64,000 nt of DNA, taken from Neophaeotheca triangularis. Taxonomy: Eukaryota. Below, piece after piece: positions 35,201 through 47,979 of this stretch. Below the pieces are notes generated by a model. The model made no database searches. It was not told where the DNA came from and worked only from the letters and a program-made list of their open reading frames with translations. The position numbers and the translations under genes were made by a program. The number at the start of each line of letters is the position of its first letter. Position 1 is the first letter of the stretch. Location of the stretch: positions 1 to 64,000 of the forward strand of contig BAAIJX010000043.1 of assembly GCA_054600435.1 (NCBI GenBank). Direction: 5' to 3'.

Positions 35201-38200
35201 CTAGACGGCCTCGTAGCTATCCAAAGCAACATACGCACCCCTCTCGCCCTCCATCTCCCTCCTCTTCCTCCCAGTCAAGCGATCCCTGACCCCACCCAGC
35301 ACCCTCCAAAACCCAATCTTCTGCTCCCCCGCAATCTCCAACGCAACCTGCTCCTCATCGACCATCCAGTTCGGCCGCGACCACCACTTCAGAAGCAGCG
35401 AGCTGACGACAACGGTGACGCTGGAACAAGCCATAGCGGCGCCGGCAGCCATGGGCGGTAGCGAGATGCCCCAAGGCAAGAGGAAACCCATGGCGATAGG
35501 CAGGCCGATAGCATTGTAGAAGCAGCTGAGCAGCAGGTTGTATTTGATGCGGCGGAAGATAGTGCGGCTGAGGTGCAGCGACGCGGGAATGTCGAGCAGC
35601 TGGGTGGGTTTCATGAGGACGATGTCGGCGGCTTCGACGGCCACGTCGGTGCCGGAGGCTAGACTGATGCCTACGTCTGCGGTTGCGAGAGCGGGTGAGT
35701 CGTTGATGCCGTCGCCGACCATGGCAACAATTTCGCCGCGGCTTTGGAGCGAGGTGATGATGTCTTGTTTGCCGCTGGGTAGGACGCCGGCGTGAACATT
35801 TTGGGGGGAGATACCGACGAGGGAGGCGACGTGAGCGGCTGTGCTTGCTTGGTCGCCCGTCACGATGGAGGTGCCGATACGCATGCGGTTCAGGGCTGCT
35901 ATGGCGGCGCGGGCCGAGGGTTTGAGAGTGTCGGAGAGGTGGAGGCGGCCGGTGTAGGTGCCGTCGATGGCCGTGTGTATGGTCGTTGTGCCGGCTTGTT
36001 GGTTGAAAGATTTGGAGCTGGAGGGTTCGTCGAGAGACTGCCGGCTAGGTGTTGGTTGCTCATAGGAGGCAGTCATGGTGATGCCGCGGTTGCGAAGATA
36101 GGAAGCGTTGCCGATGAGAACGTTGTAGCGTTTGTTGCGCTCTGGCGAGTTGTGGGCTTGAACGGAGGCTGATATGCCTTTCCCAACAGTAGGCTCAAAC
36201 TCGCCAACGCTGCCATCGAGGGTGACGTCTGCACCCATACCCAAGCTTTCCTTTGCCCCGATGAGAATTGCCCGTGCTATGGGATGCTCACTGTTCATCT
36301 CGGCAAGGCCAACAAGTGTCCACCAAAGGTCTCTCCGCTCAGGGGTGTCCTGCCACCCTCCGTCAAGCTCAGACCCTGAAACGCTCATCTTACCCATTGT
36401 AAGCGTGCCGGTCTTGTCGAGCACAATGTGCGTAATCTTCGTTGCCGTCTCCAGCGCAGCTCCACCTTTTACCAAGATTCCTTGTTCAGCGCCAACGCCA
36501 GTGCCCACCATCACAGCAGTCGGAGTAGCAAGACCAAGCGCGCAAGGGCAGGCAAAGACGATGACCGAGATACAGAGCTTGACGCATACCATGACGGTGC
36601 CTCCGCTGCTCTCGCTGACGAATATTTGCGGCGGGTGAGGCAGAATGTGACTCAGTACCATCCAACCCACGAACGTGGACAAGCCCAGTGTGATGATAAT
36701 AGGCACGAAATAGCCAGCGACCATGTCAGCCATGCGCTGAATAGGCGCGCGACTGGTTTGCGCCTCCTGCACCAAACGCACAATCTGGCTGAGTTGCGTA
36801 TCACGACCAGCTCTCGTGACCCTGAAGTCCAGCCGTCCAGCAGCGTTGACGGTACCCGCCATGAGCAGCGAGCCCTTCTTCTTCAAGATAGGCATGGCCT
36901 CGCCAGTAACCATACTCTCATCAATGTAACTTTCGCCTCGAGTCACTGTCCCATCGGCCGGTATCTTGTCGCCGGGTTTCAAGATGACAATATCACCAAC
37001 CTCGATAAGCTCGGTGGGTACAGTCTTCTCTTCGATCGCAGAAGACTGGGGCTCTTTCTCGCTCGCTGCCTTCTCGCTTTGATCTTGCATCTCGGTGGCC
37101 CATCCTTCGGTGGCTTTCACAGCTGCGATAGGATCGGCGTAGATGACAGCAGTCGAAGGAGCTAAACTCATAAGTCGGGAGAGAGCTCGTGAGGTCTGTC
37201 CTTTGGCTCTGTTTTCCAAAAAGCGGCCCAGCAGGATGAATGTTATCAGCATCGTGCTCGTATCGAAAGTGGTCGCAGGCCTTGAATGTGGCGGTATTAT
37301 CATAGAGACCAACATGGCGGCACAGCTGAAGAAGAACGCAGCCGATGTACCGAGAACAACCAGTACGTCCATAGTCGGTGATTTATGCCTCAAAGAGCGG
37401 AAGGCAGAAACGTAGAACCTCTTCCCAATCCCAAATTGGACCGGGATAGTCAATATGAGGCACACTACGTCGCCCAGCCATAGCCCTGGAATTATGGGAA
37501 GCTTGATACTGCCGTAATCCAGAAATGGGAGGAACATCGGCAAGAACATGCTGGTCAAGAAGACCGGAATAGCAAAAGCCAGGGAAACTTTGAAAGCGCG
37601 TTTCCATTCCTGAATCTCTTTCGTCTTCGCCAAGGATTCCAATTGCGCATTGTTATCGTCGGCATCGGCTACCAGTGCGTTGTATCCTGATTTCTCCACG
37701 GCCTCAACAATCGCCCGCAGGCCGGTTTTCGCTGGAGAGTATGTGATTGCAGCCCGAGTGGTCCCAAAGTTGATGTTCACTGATAATACCCCAGGCATAG
37801 CATTCAGTCTCGCCTGCAAATCCGCTGCTGCTTCAGGGCTGGGCAAGCCGTATATTTTGAGTTGAGTGTTGGCATTGGCATTAGAAGCCTGCACTCCCTC
37901 CTCTACGCTGGACAGGATCGTAGCGTCGAAACCTCTATCCTCTACCGCTTCCACAATTTGATCCGTACTTAGCTTTTCCGAATCGTGCAAAATCACGGCC
38001 CTCTCCGCGAGTAAGCTTATGTTGAACTGCACCAGACCAGGAATATCTGCGAATCCGGTTTCCACAGCAGAAGTGCAAGCCCCGCAGGTCATGCCCTCGA
38101 TCGCCACGGTGGTCGTCATAAGTGTCCTTGTCTGCACACTTCGCCGCTTCTTCCTCGTCGGGTGTGTAGGTATCGGTTCCGCAGCCACAGTCTCTGTCAG

Positions 38201-38809
38201 CTCAGCATCGAAGCCTACATCATCAATCATCTCCACCAGCTTTTCCGGTGCAAGCATCTTCGGATCATGTTCTATCACCGCTCTCTCAGCTAGCAGCGAT
38301 ATACTGAAACTCTTGACACCCGGAACATCCCTGAAAGCGCCCTCTACCGCAGAAGTGCATGCACCACAAGTCATACCACCAACCCGTATAGTACTGGTAG
38401 AGAAGCCCTGGCCCACACCCAGCGCATCCTCCTCTTCATCGTCGTCTACCGCATCCTCCTCTCCAATATCAAAGAGCGGCTCCTCCGGTCGATCCGAACT
38501 CAGCACTTCAGCATCGAACCCGCGATCCTCAATGATGTCTCGTAACTCCTCTGCGCTGATTCTAGTTCCGTCGTGAGTTATGACCGCGCGCTCCATGACC
38601 AAACTGACGGAAACGCTACCCACGGCTTCCACCTCCGCAAAGCCAGCTTCGACGGACGAGGTGCAGGCACCGCAGGTCATGCCCTCTACTTTCAACGTGG
38701 TAGTAGTCATGTGCGCGGCGTTGGAGGGCTTTCGAGAGGTCGTCGGTGGTGCGAAGGTCGACAATAGGGGGGCGGCATCTTGGCCGGTCGGCAAGGATAA
38801 AGGCGCCAT
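35201..38809 (-). CDS. CCC2: Copper-transporting P1B-type ATPase Ccc2 (ATP7-like)
   Basis: Three GMTCGAC HMA motifs plus a fourth degenerate HMA (GLPSPEAA), TGE, CPC, DKTGT, SEHP, GDGIND, YN and MACSS motifs. Single ORF. Confidence 0.95.
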   Translation of the reverse strand: MAPLSLPTGQDAAPLLSTFAPPTTSRKPSNAAHMTTTTLKVEGMTCGACTSSVEAGFAEVEAVGSVSVSLVMERAVITHDGTRISAEELRDIIEDRGFDAEVLSSDRPEEPLFDIGEEDAVDDDEEEDALGVGQGFSTSTIRVGGMTCGACTSAVEGAFRDVPGVKSFSISLLAERAVIEHDPKMLAPEKLVEMIDDVGFDAELTETVAAEPIPTHPTRKKRRSVQTRTLMTTTVAIEGMTCGACTSAVETGFADIPGLVQFNISLLAERAVILHDSEKLSTDQIVEAVEDRGFDATILSSVEEGVQASNANANTQLKIYGLPSPEAAADLQARLNAMPGVLSVNINFGTTRAAITYSPAKTGLRAIVEAVEKSGYNALVADADDNNAQLESLAKTKEIQEWKRAFKVSLAFAIPVFLTSMFLPMFLPFLDYGSIKLPIIPGLWLGDVVCLILTIPVQFGIGKRFYVSAFRSLRHKSPTMDVLVVLGTSAAFFFSCAAMLVSMIIPPHSRPATTFDTSTMLITFILLGRFLENRAKGQTSRALSRLMSLAPSTAVIYADPIAAVKATEGWATEMQDQSEKAASEKEPQSSAIEEKTVPTELIEVGDIVILKPGDKIPADGTVTRGESYIDESMVTGEAMPILKKKGSLLMAGTVNAAGRLDFRVTRAGRDTQLSQIVRLVQEAQTSRAPIQRMADMVAGYFVPIIITLGLSTFVGWMVLSHILPHPPQIFVSESSGGTVMVCVKLCISVIVFACPCALGLATPTAVMVGTGVGAEQGILVKGGAALETATKITHIVLDKTGTLTMGKMSVSGSELDGGWQDTPERRDLWWTLVGLAEMNSEHPIARAILIGAKESLGMGADVTLDGSVGEFEPTVGKGISASVQAHNSPERNKRYNVLIGNASYLRNRGITMTASYEQPTPSRQSLDEPSSSKSFNQQAGTTTIHTAIDGTYTGRLHLSDTLKPSARAAIAALNRMRIGTSIVTGDQASTAAHVASLVGISPQNVHAGVLPSGKQDIITSLQSRGEIVAMVGDGINDSPALATADVGISLASGTDVAVEAADIVLMKPTQLLDIPASLHLSRTIFRRIKYNLLLSCFYNAIGLPIAMGFLLPWGISLPPMAAGAAMACSSVTVVVSSLLLKWWSRPNWMVDEEQVALEIAGEQKIGFWRVLGGVRDRLTGRKRREMEGERGAYVALDSYEAV

Positions 38810-41657
38810 GGCGCCGGAGTGTGCGCGAGGTCAAGCGCAAACGGGGCGGGCGAGTTCCTGGTTATTTGTGTGGAACTCGTACAGTATTCGCGTGAGATAG
38901 ATGTCCAAAGTACCTCGTAGGTGGCCTGATCCGCCACACTCTTATCTAAGGAGCCGAGCTCCGCTAAGGCCGTTAATGTGCGGTATGCGCCGTCGCCAAG
39001 GAACAAAGGGAAGAATAGGTATTCGGCAATTGGTGACTGTTGAAGCGACCACTGCGATGTGAGTGACTGCGTCGAGTAAAGTGAGTAGGAAAAGGCACAA
39101 AGGAAAAGGGACGGCCAGGATGCTGACAAAAGGGAGCCGTCTCAGACAGACTTTCGGACGAAACACGATGCCTTACCTACATGAGGTGGTACTTTCGTGT
39201 GGTGCAGCTCAAGATAGAAACGTCGGCTACAACAAGCCGAAGATGCAAGCCAATCGCAGGTGCTCCGACCCCAGCCCCATGCAACTCAATCGCTTCGAAA
39301 CTCTATTTCAAAAATCAAAGCAGGATACCTCTGGACGATGAAAAGTGACTTTCAATAGGTAGCCTACAATGACGTGGCTGCAGTTCTACATTCCACGGGC
39401 ATTCTATTGCGCATTACTGTCCAGCACGTGGTGCCTTGTCTCATAGCTCTCTCGAATTTCAGCTTCCACATAGGTCGTACTGGGCTTTCGATACGTAAAT
39501 CGAATTTCAGCCTTCCTACACCTCATGGGTGTGGCCAGCAGCAGGTAAGAAGACCTCCGACGAGAAGATACGACATGTTCAAGCAAATATTGATTCAGAT
39601 GGCGCTTTGGGTTGATCAGGAACCTTAGTCAGATGCCGCCCCTGGCTTCATACATGACGCGACTTTTCGGAGTACTAATCGTAGACGCCGCCGAAGAAGC
39701 CATCTCAGTGACGAAGGCAGGCAAGGTGAGGACAGCAAAACGCGGCACAGAAGCGTGCCAAGACCGTTTGCAACCTGACTCTTTCGGCGCGTTACTATCG
39801 AGGATATAAGGCACGAAGCTGTTAATTCGTGGTCGTTAATGTCGATAGAGTCTATTAATAAGGCGGTAGATAGTATGCGAGCGCGTATGTATAGTGTAAT
39901 AGAAAATTAAAGGCCAAAAGACGCCTTTCTGAAGTTCAAATTCTATACCGCGTTTTGCTGTCCTGTGGATGGCAGGCAGGCGGCGAAGGTAACAAGATTG
40001 GACCCAGCTAGCAGGGCGACGCCAACAAGATGACGGTTGGATGGCAGATTGGATGCCTCGAAAGAAGGCATTCTAGCGTTGCGCCACAAAGCCCCGGCGT
40101 AGGTAAGTAGAGAAGACGCAAGAGAATTGAGCAACGCTTGATGGTAGCAACGGGAATTCATTATTGCGCACTGTCGGGTGTACACCAGCGCTGAGTGGTA
40201 CTCGGCACCGTGGCTGGAGAGGTGCCGCCTCGTCGTGTGAAGGATCCGCTTATATACCATGCTCGCGATAGCGTGTCGGACCAGGTGATTCGTGAAAGTC
40301 GAAAAAGTGCAGACCGTTGTCGAGCGGGTGTTGACATGTTCGCAGCTGAAACATGGCCCTAGCTTTGTTTGTACTTCCATGTGTAGACTGAAGACGGCGA
40401 GACGGAGAAAAGAAACGCTTCCATGGCAGTTACCGACCGTACCGAGTCGACCGTAAGGTAGCCATCGTGCAGTACCATGGGAGGTTGCTGGGCGGTTCAA
40501 ACTCTGCCCGCTATCTTTCCTAGTCGCCGCCTTGTCGGGTCGGCTCATTCTTTTCATCCCTACCTACTACCGTCCTTGGTACCTACCTACTCCTAGGTAT
40601 CGGTGTTGAAGTCGGTTTCAGGTCGTGGGGTTCTGGTTTTTAAGAACTACTTGTAGCTACAGCCTAAAAAGATACATTACCGGCGTGTGTCACGTGTGTG
40701 TACCCAGCGGCAACAAGCCTGCTGCCTGACAAGGTCATACTACTATGTACTCCTCGGGCTTCGGGAGACTCGAGGGCACACGCCGGGCCGTTGCGTGTAA
40801 GAGGAGAGGGCATCCAATGGATCCATGGATATCATATCTTCCAGGTTGTTAGAATAGAGGCAAAGAGCAAGCTGCAAATACTAACAAGTAATGTTAATCA
40901 AGCTGGTGGCTGGGAAATTGCAGCGACCCAGGCTAAGCGGCTAGGTCGAAGTCAGTCGCCTTCAAAGTTGCTCGCCCGGCCAAGCGAGCTGGGTCTACTG
41001 GTTTACCGCTCCGCCCGCGACTATCTTCACCCTACCTTGCCATTACTACTACCGCGCTACTTGCTACCTGACTACTACATGCTACCTTCTCTCTTGCTTC
41101 AATCTTCTACTTCGCCTACCTCACCTCCACCTCCTCCGCCCTCCGCCCTCCGCCATCCGCCCCCCCTCGATTCCCTCCCTCTGCTGCCTCCGTGATAGCG
41201 GAAGGTTGCACCTGCACGAGCGCCGTCAAACGAAGCCCTTGCACGTGCAGGAGCATATGCTGCGCGCTTAGCCCGGCGCCGCTTTCCGTCTTCTCTCCCT
41301 TGACTACACACGTCGTCGACCAACAATCGGGAAGGTCGAGCGTTGATCTGCTTGTGATAGCCCGCTCGCTCTTTTGTACCCCATCACAACCACAACCGTA
41401 CAACAGGTCCTACTCCTCTTCCCTCCCACCGCATCACCGCATTCGCTTGGCTACCCTACCTTGTGCGACTGCCTGCCCCCTCAACAGCCTGGAGAACCGC
41501 AGGAAGACAGGACGTGCAAAGGAGATCCCGTACAAGCGACCTTTGGACTCGCCTAGCACGGGTTCTATCAACAAGGACGTTTCCACCGCGAAAAGGGTCC
41601 ATTCAAACCTTGAACCTGCGCGGACAAGGGACGTTCGGTCGACCAAGGCAGCAGAGA

Positions 41658-44600
41658 ATGTCTTCGGCTGCTGTTCAGCAGAACACGCCTCAACGATATC
41701 AGCAGCCGCAGCAGGGCTCCAGTTCCCAGGGCCGCGACAGATACGGCGCCAACACTGCCGCCAACTTCTCCTCGAGCCCACCAACGTCGCGGCGTAATAC
41801 CACAAGCAGGCACAACAGTGGAAATGCCTCCGTCTCGTCCGCTCCACAACAAGCACAGTACAGCTCCCCAGCTGTGTCAAGCCCAGCCATGGCTTCCTCG
41901 CGTGGCCAACACATGCCCGCTTCGACGCCATCCGATCAAGTGATGCCATCCACAGTTCAGCAATACTATCCGGAGCAGCTGGTATCTTTTTCCAGCCAAC
42001 CAACAACGCTGCCCGTCCGTAGCTCACATCAACCGCAGGCATTAAGCAGTCCAACATCCGCACCACAAGACAGCAGAGCATACAGCGCTAGTCGCTCACA
42101 ACAACAAGGCTATGGAAGTGAGAGCGAGAGAGAAAAAGCAAGTGACAATGAAAAGAGGCGGAGGCAGCCTCCAACCTCACCCGCTAATCGCGAACCTCCG
42201 CCTCAGTCTGGATCTGGTCGAAGCCAACGTACGCGTAACGCACCGCAACAGTCTCGATCAGCAACGGCCGTTGGCCAGACGCCCATTGATACTTCGCTTC
42301 CGCGCGAAAATAGCGCAATTATCAATCATATAGTAGTGGACGATCCGAACGCAGATATTGCCCGTGAAAAGGCTCGAGTCGCCGAATCCCGGCCTACAGG
42401 TGACGGCATGACCTCCAGTGACAAGGAAGACAGCCAGCGGAACTCGACGAGCACTCGGAGTCGCCAAGAGCACCTCAAGCAGGCCACCCATCGGAAGGAG
42501 GTGCGATTCGGCGACTACATTCTCGGCCAGACCCTAGGGGAGGGTGAGTTCGGCAAAGTCAAGATGGGTTGGAAGAAAGATGGCGGGGTGCAAGTGGCCA
42601 TTAAGCTCATCCGAAAGGAATCTTTGGCTGGCAATTCGACGCGACTGCCCAAGATCTACCGCGAGATTGCCATTCTTCGAGAATTGCAGCACCCGAATAT
42701 CGTTCGTTTGCATGAGTTCGTCGAGACTGAGCGCCACATGGGAATCATACTCGAGTACGCGTCTGGTGGGGAGCTGTTCGACTACATTCTGAACCACCGC
42801 TATTTGAAGGATCCCGCTGCTCGTCGACTTTTCGCGCAGCTTGTTAGTGGTGTAGGGTACTTGCATACTAAAGGTATAGTGCACCGCGATCTGAAGCTTG
42901 AAAATCTGCTACTCGACAGAAACAAGAACATTATCATCACGGACTTCGGTTTCGCGAATACCTTCAATCCGCGCGACGAGCTTGGTGAGGATCTTGAGCG
43001 AAGGATTGGCGACAAGGAATACGTCAAGAGGGAGGGTCTCGATCAAATAGGCAAGGATGGGCACCGAAAAGGCGATCTCATGCAAACGAGCTGCGGAAGC
43101 CCTTGTTACGCCGCGCCTGAGCTGGTGGTGAGCGACGGACTTTACACCGGCAGGAAGGTAGATGTCTGGAGTACCGGTGTAATCTTGGTAAGTTCTCTCC
43201 AAGTAGCATTCTTATTTGGAGAATTCCGCTGACAGTAGTAGTACGCAATGCTCGCAGGGTATCTCCCCTTCGACGACGACCCAGCAAATCCCGAAGGTGA
43301 CAACATCAATTTGTTGTACAAGTACATCGTGTCGACCCCGCTCACCTTTCCTGAATACGTCACGCCGCACGCTCGCGACCTGCTGCGAAGAATACTGGTA
43401 CCAGACCCCCGGAGACGAGCGGACCTATTCGAAGTCGCGCGGCACAGCTGGCTCAGCGACTATAGTCACGTGGTGGGTTTCATTGGCAGCAGTGCAAAAA
43501 GCGACAGGGATATTGCTTCCTCGGCTGCTCGACAAGATTCAGAATCTCATCTCGGCAGAAGTGCCTCCGTCAGAGAGCCGTCGACCAGGTCCCCCGATGC
43601 TGGAACTGGTGGCGTGCAGAAACCGGCGCCTGCCGCGGGTGATGATGCCGGCGACGGCAGGAACAAACAGCGCGACGCTAAGAGACGGACTGTGCAGGTC
43701 GAATACGTTGCCCCGAACGCTTCGCACCAGCGCGGCGAGACTTCGTCGATGGCGACGCAACAGACAGTGCCCTTATCTGCGGGTAGTGGCAAAACGAGAG
43801 CAAGAGCAGAGAGTCAAGGACCAGTGGAGGTTACGCCAGGACTGGGTAGTAGAGGCCAGCAGATTCCCAGGAAAGAAGTCGCCGGCTCGCAGCCAATGCC
43901 ACCACCTACCAGACCTGGCAGGGACCAAATCAGAGCAACTTCCGATTCGACCGGACTCAGTGGGCACCCTCCCGTACCCTCTTCGCGACCTGGTAGCAGC
44001 CATCTTGGTGGAGCCAGGTTGCCGTCTCGAGGCAATTCCTACGGTACACCAGTCGCGGCTGCATCTACACCAATGAACGCTCAAGGTCGCTTCTCTCAGC
44101 CAAAGTCCAACTCTGGTTACATTATATCTGGACCGATGCCAACTGACCCCAACAACAATAACGAGAGCCGTCCACAAAGTCAGCAGAACCTGCAGCAATT
44201 CCAAAACCAGCAGCAACAGGCCCCGCCGCGAGGTCACAAGAGGAGTAGTACACTTGGCAGCATTACAGACAGGGTGCTGGGCCGGACCAACTCTCGCCGG
44301 CAGTCGCAGCAAATGTCTCCCGCAGCACAAGAGAAGCGCGACAGGAAGTATCCGCCTGTCAGCATGAAGAATGCCATTCCAAACAATAACGAGGACGCCA
44401 CGCCTAGACAGTCCACGGAAAGCAGTAGGCGCACCAGCTTTGGGTTTAGCAGGAAAAACAGCGAGGCGCCTTCGCAAAAGTCATCAAGGCGCTTCTCATT
44501 TCTTCCGAGTAGCTTCAGCATGAACAGCTTCGGCGGCAAGAAGGACCAACCCAACGATTCCGCATCCGGGGACGGCCAGGATGACGCTCAACGAAACAAC

Positions 44601-45245
44601 CGGCCTGATAGTAGGGGGATGGCTTTCGGTCGTGGCGCATCGCGCAGCCCCAGCATGGGCACTAGCAACAGCTCGATTCCGCTTTACTACGATGCCGACC
44701 GCGAGAACCAGCGCCAGGCCCGCCGAACGGGAATGCCTCCTGGCAGCGAAAGTCGTTACGAAAAGGCTTTGCCGACCCAGCCTCCCCAGCAGGCCGCTCA
44801 AGCCCAGCAACCATCATCGAACCAGTACCCGACTGCACCGCCAGCTCAACGCAAGCAGTACCGAGATGATGGCTACAGCCGTCCGGACGGCGGTAGCAGT
44901 AGCAGACAGCCCCCGAATACGCCCTCGCAGCAATCACAACAACAGCAGCAAGACCCTCCAGAGCGCTTCTACACGCCGCAAACTGATCCTCATGTCTCGC
45001 AAAATTCACAGCCCATGGACCCGCGTTCGCAGTTTCCCATCAACGAGGGGCCTGCCTACCAGTCGAATGCATACGATCGGACTGCCCCTTTGAGCCCCAC
45101 CGAGTCAAAGCAGGCCCAACATATCCGGCCGCAGCAGAGGAAATTTGGCGATGCTTACGAGCAAGGGCATGGTGGAAGCAGCAGTGGTGCCAGACGTGTC
45201 ATGGACTTTTTCCGCAGGCGGGGCAAGGAGCGTGGGCAATCTTGA
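41658..45245 (+). CDS. Kin4/Ppk1-like Ser/Thr protein kinase (CAMK group)
   Basis: GEGEFGKV, VAIK, HRDLKLEN, DFG followed by a long insert, TSCGSPCYAAPE, and LPFDDDPANPEGDNINLLYKYI. Intron 43188-43241. C-terminal ARRVMDFFRRR. Start taken at MSSAAVQQ. Confidence 0.9.
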
Positions 45246-45824
45246 GGGAGATCTTAGCGCTGCGCAAGGTGTCAGTCTACTTTTGGAATTAGGAAAACCC
45301 AGTACATGTGGCAGGAGGGATAGGGCAGAGGCGTGGCATAGGCGAGGAGCAGCAGCTACAGGTGTCGGTTGCGAGGCCATGAGTGAAGGGTAAAGGGCGT
45401 ATACTTGAAGTCTCCGGCATCGCCGAGGGGTATCCTTCGCTAGTACCCGTCTACAAACGCGAGTGCTGTATCGTCGGAACAAGTTGCCAGCATGGAGTGG
45501 GCGCTGGAGCTTCGCGGGTTTCTGATTGAGTCTTTTTCTTACTTTGGGCGAACTGCAAGCGAGGCGTTCGGAGGACCCGTCGCAAGTGGCCGCGTGTTAG
45601 TCGCCCGAAAGCCACTGCGCGGGTTGTAATTAGGTTTTGTTTCGGCGTAGTCGGGAGATCAAGGTATTCTATAGAATGCAGGCTGGGCGGGAGAGACACC
45701 GTGGCCAAATGGGACACGCATGCAAAACAATACATTCACCACACCCATCGCTCGAACATTTACAAACGTCAAATATTTCGTGTCTCATTAGCTAGTTCAC
45801 GTGGACGCAAGCAACCACATGATT

Positions 45825-46511
45825 TCAAACCTTCCCACCATCCTCGCCCATCCCATCCTCCTCTCCCCACCTTCTCTCCGCCTCTTTCTTCAAGTCCATA
45901 ACCCAAAGCTGTAACCTCCCCTCCAAAAACTTCCCATACATCCACTTAACCGCGTGCGCCAAAACACCGCTCTGACACTCCCAAGTCCTAACCTCGCAAC
46001 TCTCCTCACCCGTTGGGATAATCTCATGGAACCTCTCAGCCTGCAAACCGCGACTCATCATCTCATCACCCCTCTCACGCCAAGAGATACGATAACTGGC
46101 TCTAGCATCATAGGTGGAATCCGCATCAACCGTCTCCCGGGTCACGTAATCCCCCGGGTCACTCCTATCCGGCGTCATAATGGACGAGACCCTTAGCGTC
46201 GTGGGCGTGTATGCGTCGGGTTTGGATGGTTTCATGCGAACTTGGAAGGTAAAGGCTGTGTTGAGGTGGAAAGTGTGTTTGGCTTCTGGGGAAGTTGTCG
46301 CGCCGGGCGGTTGGGAGTCGATCTCGCATATTGGGATCCAGGTGTTCCAGTGCGGCCAGCTGGGGGTGTCGTTGAGGGTTTTCCAGACGGTGGAGGCGGG
46401 AGCGGAGACGGGAGTGGCGGCGTGTATGGTCAGGATTGAGGCTTTAGACGGGACATGAGGGGTGTTGAGGCCGGCTGAAGGGGGCCAGGAAGGGACTTGC
46501 TGGTCTGACAT
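45825..46511 (-). CDS. SRPBCC/polyketide-cyclase-like (START-fold) protein
   Basis: PVSAPASTVWKTLNDTPSWPHWNTWIP, AERFHEI, CEVRTWE and C-terminal helix DLKKEAE. Start at MSDQQ. Confidence 0.75.
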   Translation of the reverse strand: MSDQQVPSWPPSAGLNTPHVPSKASILTIHAATPVSAPASTVWKTLNDTPSWPHWNTWIPICEIDSQPPGATTSPEAKHTFHLNTAFTFQVRMKPSKPDAYTPTTLRVSSIMTPDRSDPGDYVTRETVDADSTYDARASYRISWRERGDEMMSRGLQAERFHEIIPTGEESCEVRTWECQSGVLAHAVKWMYGKFLEGRLQLWVMDLKKEAERRWGEEDGMGEDGGKV

Positions 46512-47048
46512 TGTGCAGGGGTTTGGTGGAGGCTTGGGTTGAGAGCTGTTGAGGCGGCTGGCGGTGGCGTTGGCTTTTTGATCAGGAAGGGAAGATCTTG
46601 GGTTCAGATAATGACGGAGGGTTGATATTTCTTGAGTAGTTTTTGAGCTCGCCGGAACATTCAAGAGAGCTGCTTGTGCGTTAGAAAGATGTACATACTT
46701 GAAAAGGCGAGGTAGCTGAGTCTGGTAAGGCTCTGTGATTACATGGGTGCTGGCTGAGGGTACTCACCGCCTCTGGTGCTTGGATCAAGATAGTGCACAG
46801 CTAGATCGATTGTCGTTGGATGCCTTGATGTTGATGCGGCGAAGTCTTGAAGTCGATGTCGGCACGAGTCATGTGTGTGTAGATAAGCTTCCAGCTTACC
46901 GGAGCTCCCTTATCTGGAGGACGTCACTTCTCACTCTACCGGGCTTCCTACAGCTGCTACCTAAACACTTCAACTAGACCCATCTCCAACGAACTCGCAG
47001 TACGAGGCGCCACAACTAACGGGGTACATTGAATCATACAGCTTCACC

Positions 47049-47979
47049 ATGGATCAGTCGCGAGCTCTCAACGCCCTGGCTCCGTTCATGGCCCTCGCCA
47101 AATCAGCCAACTCGCCTCGTGCTGCCTCGGACCTCATCACTCAGGCCACTTCAGCGCCAAACACTTATGTCTTCGCCGAGCTACTTCAGCAACCAAACAT
47201 TCGCAGTTTAAAGGGGAACGATCAGCATGGCAGCTTTTACACACTACTTGAGCTCTTCGCCTGGGGCACTTGGGAAGACTACAAAGGTCAGCCATTGTGT
47301 TAAGCCACCCCAACCAGTTCCTTGCTAACGATACACTCCAGCAACCACAGGTCTCCCTTCTCTCGGTGACGCTCAAGTTCTAAAACTCCGCCTCCTCTCC
47401 CTCCTTACCTATGCTTCCACCCAACCCACCGCTTCCTCTGCCGCCGAGACCAACCTCAGCTATACCTCTCTCTGCGACCGTCTTGACCTCACCTCAACCG
47501 TCGACCTGGAACACCTCGTCACTCAAGCAATCTATTCCGAGCTGGTGAACGCCACCCTCAACCCCGAAAACCAAACCGTCGTCATCACCTCTACAGCGCC
47601 CCTTCGCGATCTTGCACCCGGGAGCCTGAAGAACATGTGCGCAGAGTTAGAAGCCTGGTCAGGGAGGTGTGACTCGGTACTTGCATCTTTGGAGGGCGAG
47701 ATGCGGAAAGTAAGGTTTGATGCCGTGCAGAGGGCGAGGAGGGAGCAGAGAGCTGAGAAGCAGATCAAGAGTGTGATGGAGGCTAGTGGGATGGGAGATG
47801 GCGGGGCTAGTGGGGAGTCGAAAGGAAGATCTTTCAGGGGTGCTGCGAAGAAGAAATTGGCCAGGCAAGAACCGGAGAGTGATGACGATGCTATGGATGT
47901 GGATAGTAATGGGACTGGGGGCGCAGGCAGTAAGAGAGGGGGTTCGTTCGCAGGGAAAGGGCAGAGGGTTGGAGATTGA
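47049..47979 (+). CDS. CSN7: COP9 signalosome subunit 7 (PCI domain)
   Basis: ATSAPNTYVFAELL and LLELFAWGTWEDY, then intron 47287-47341, then LPSLGDAQVLKLRLLSLL, DLEHLVTQAIYSELV and APLRDL. Confidence 0.88.

Noticed and set aside
37660..37870. Fourth HMA domain of Ccc2 lacks CxxC
   Set aside because: A degenerate metal-binding repeat is common in fungal Ccc2 proteins and is not evidence of pseudogenisation.
38810..41657. ORFs 39943-40557, 40698-41195 and 41192-41797 in the CCC2/kinase divergent spacer
   Set aside because: Non-protein-like or low-complexity composition; more likely promoter and long 5' UTR.
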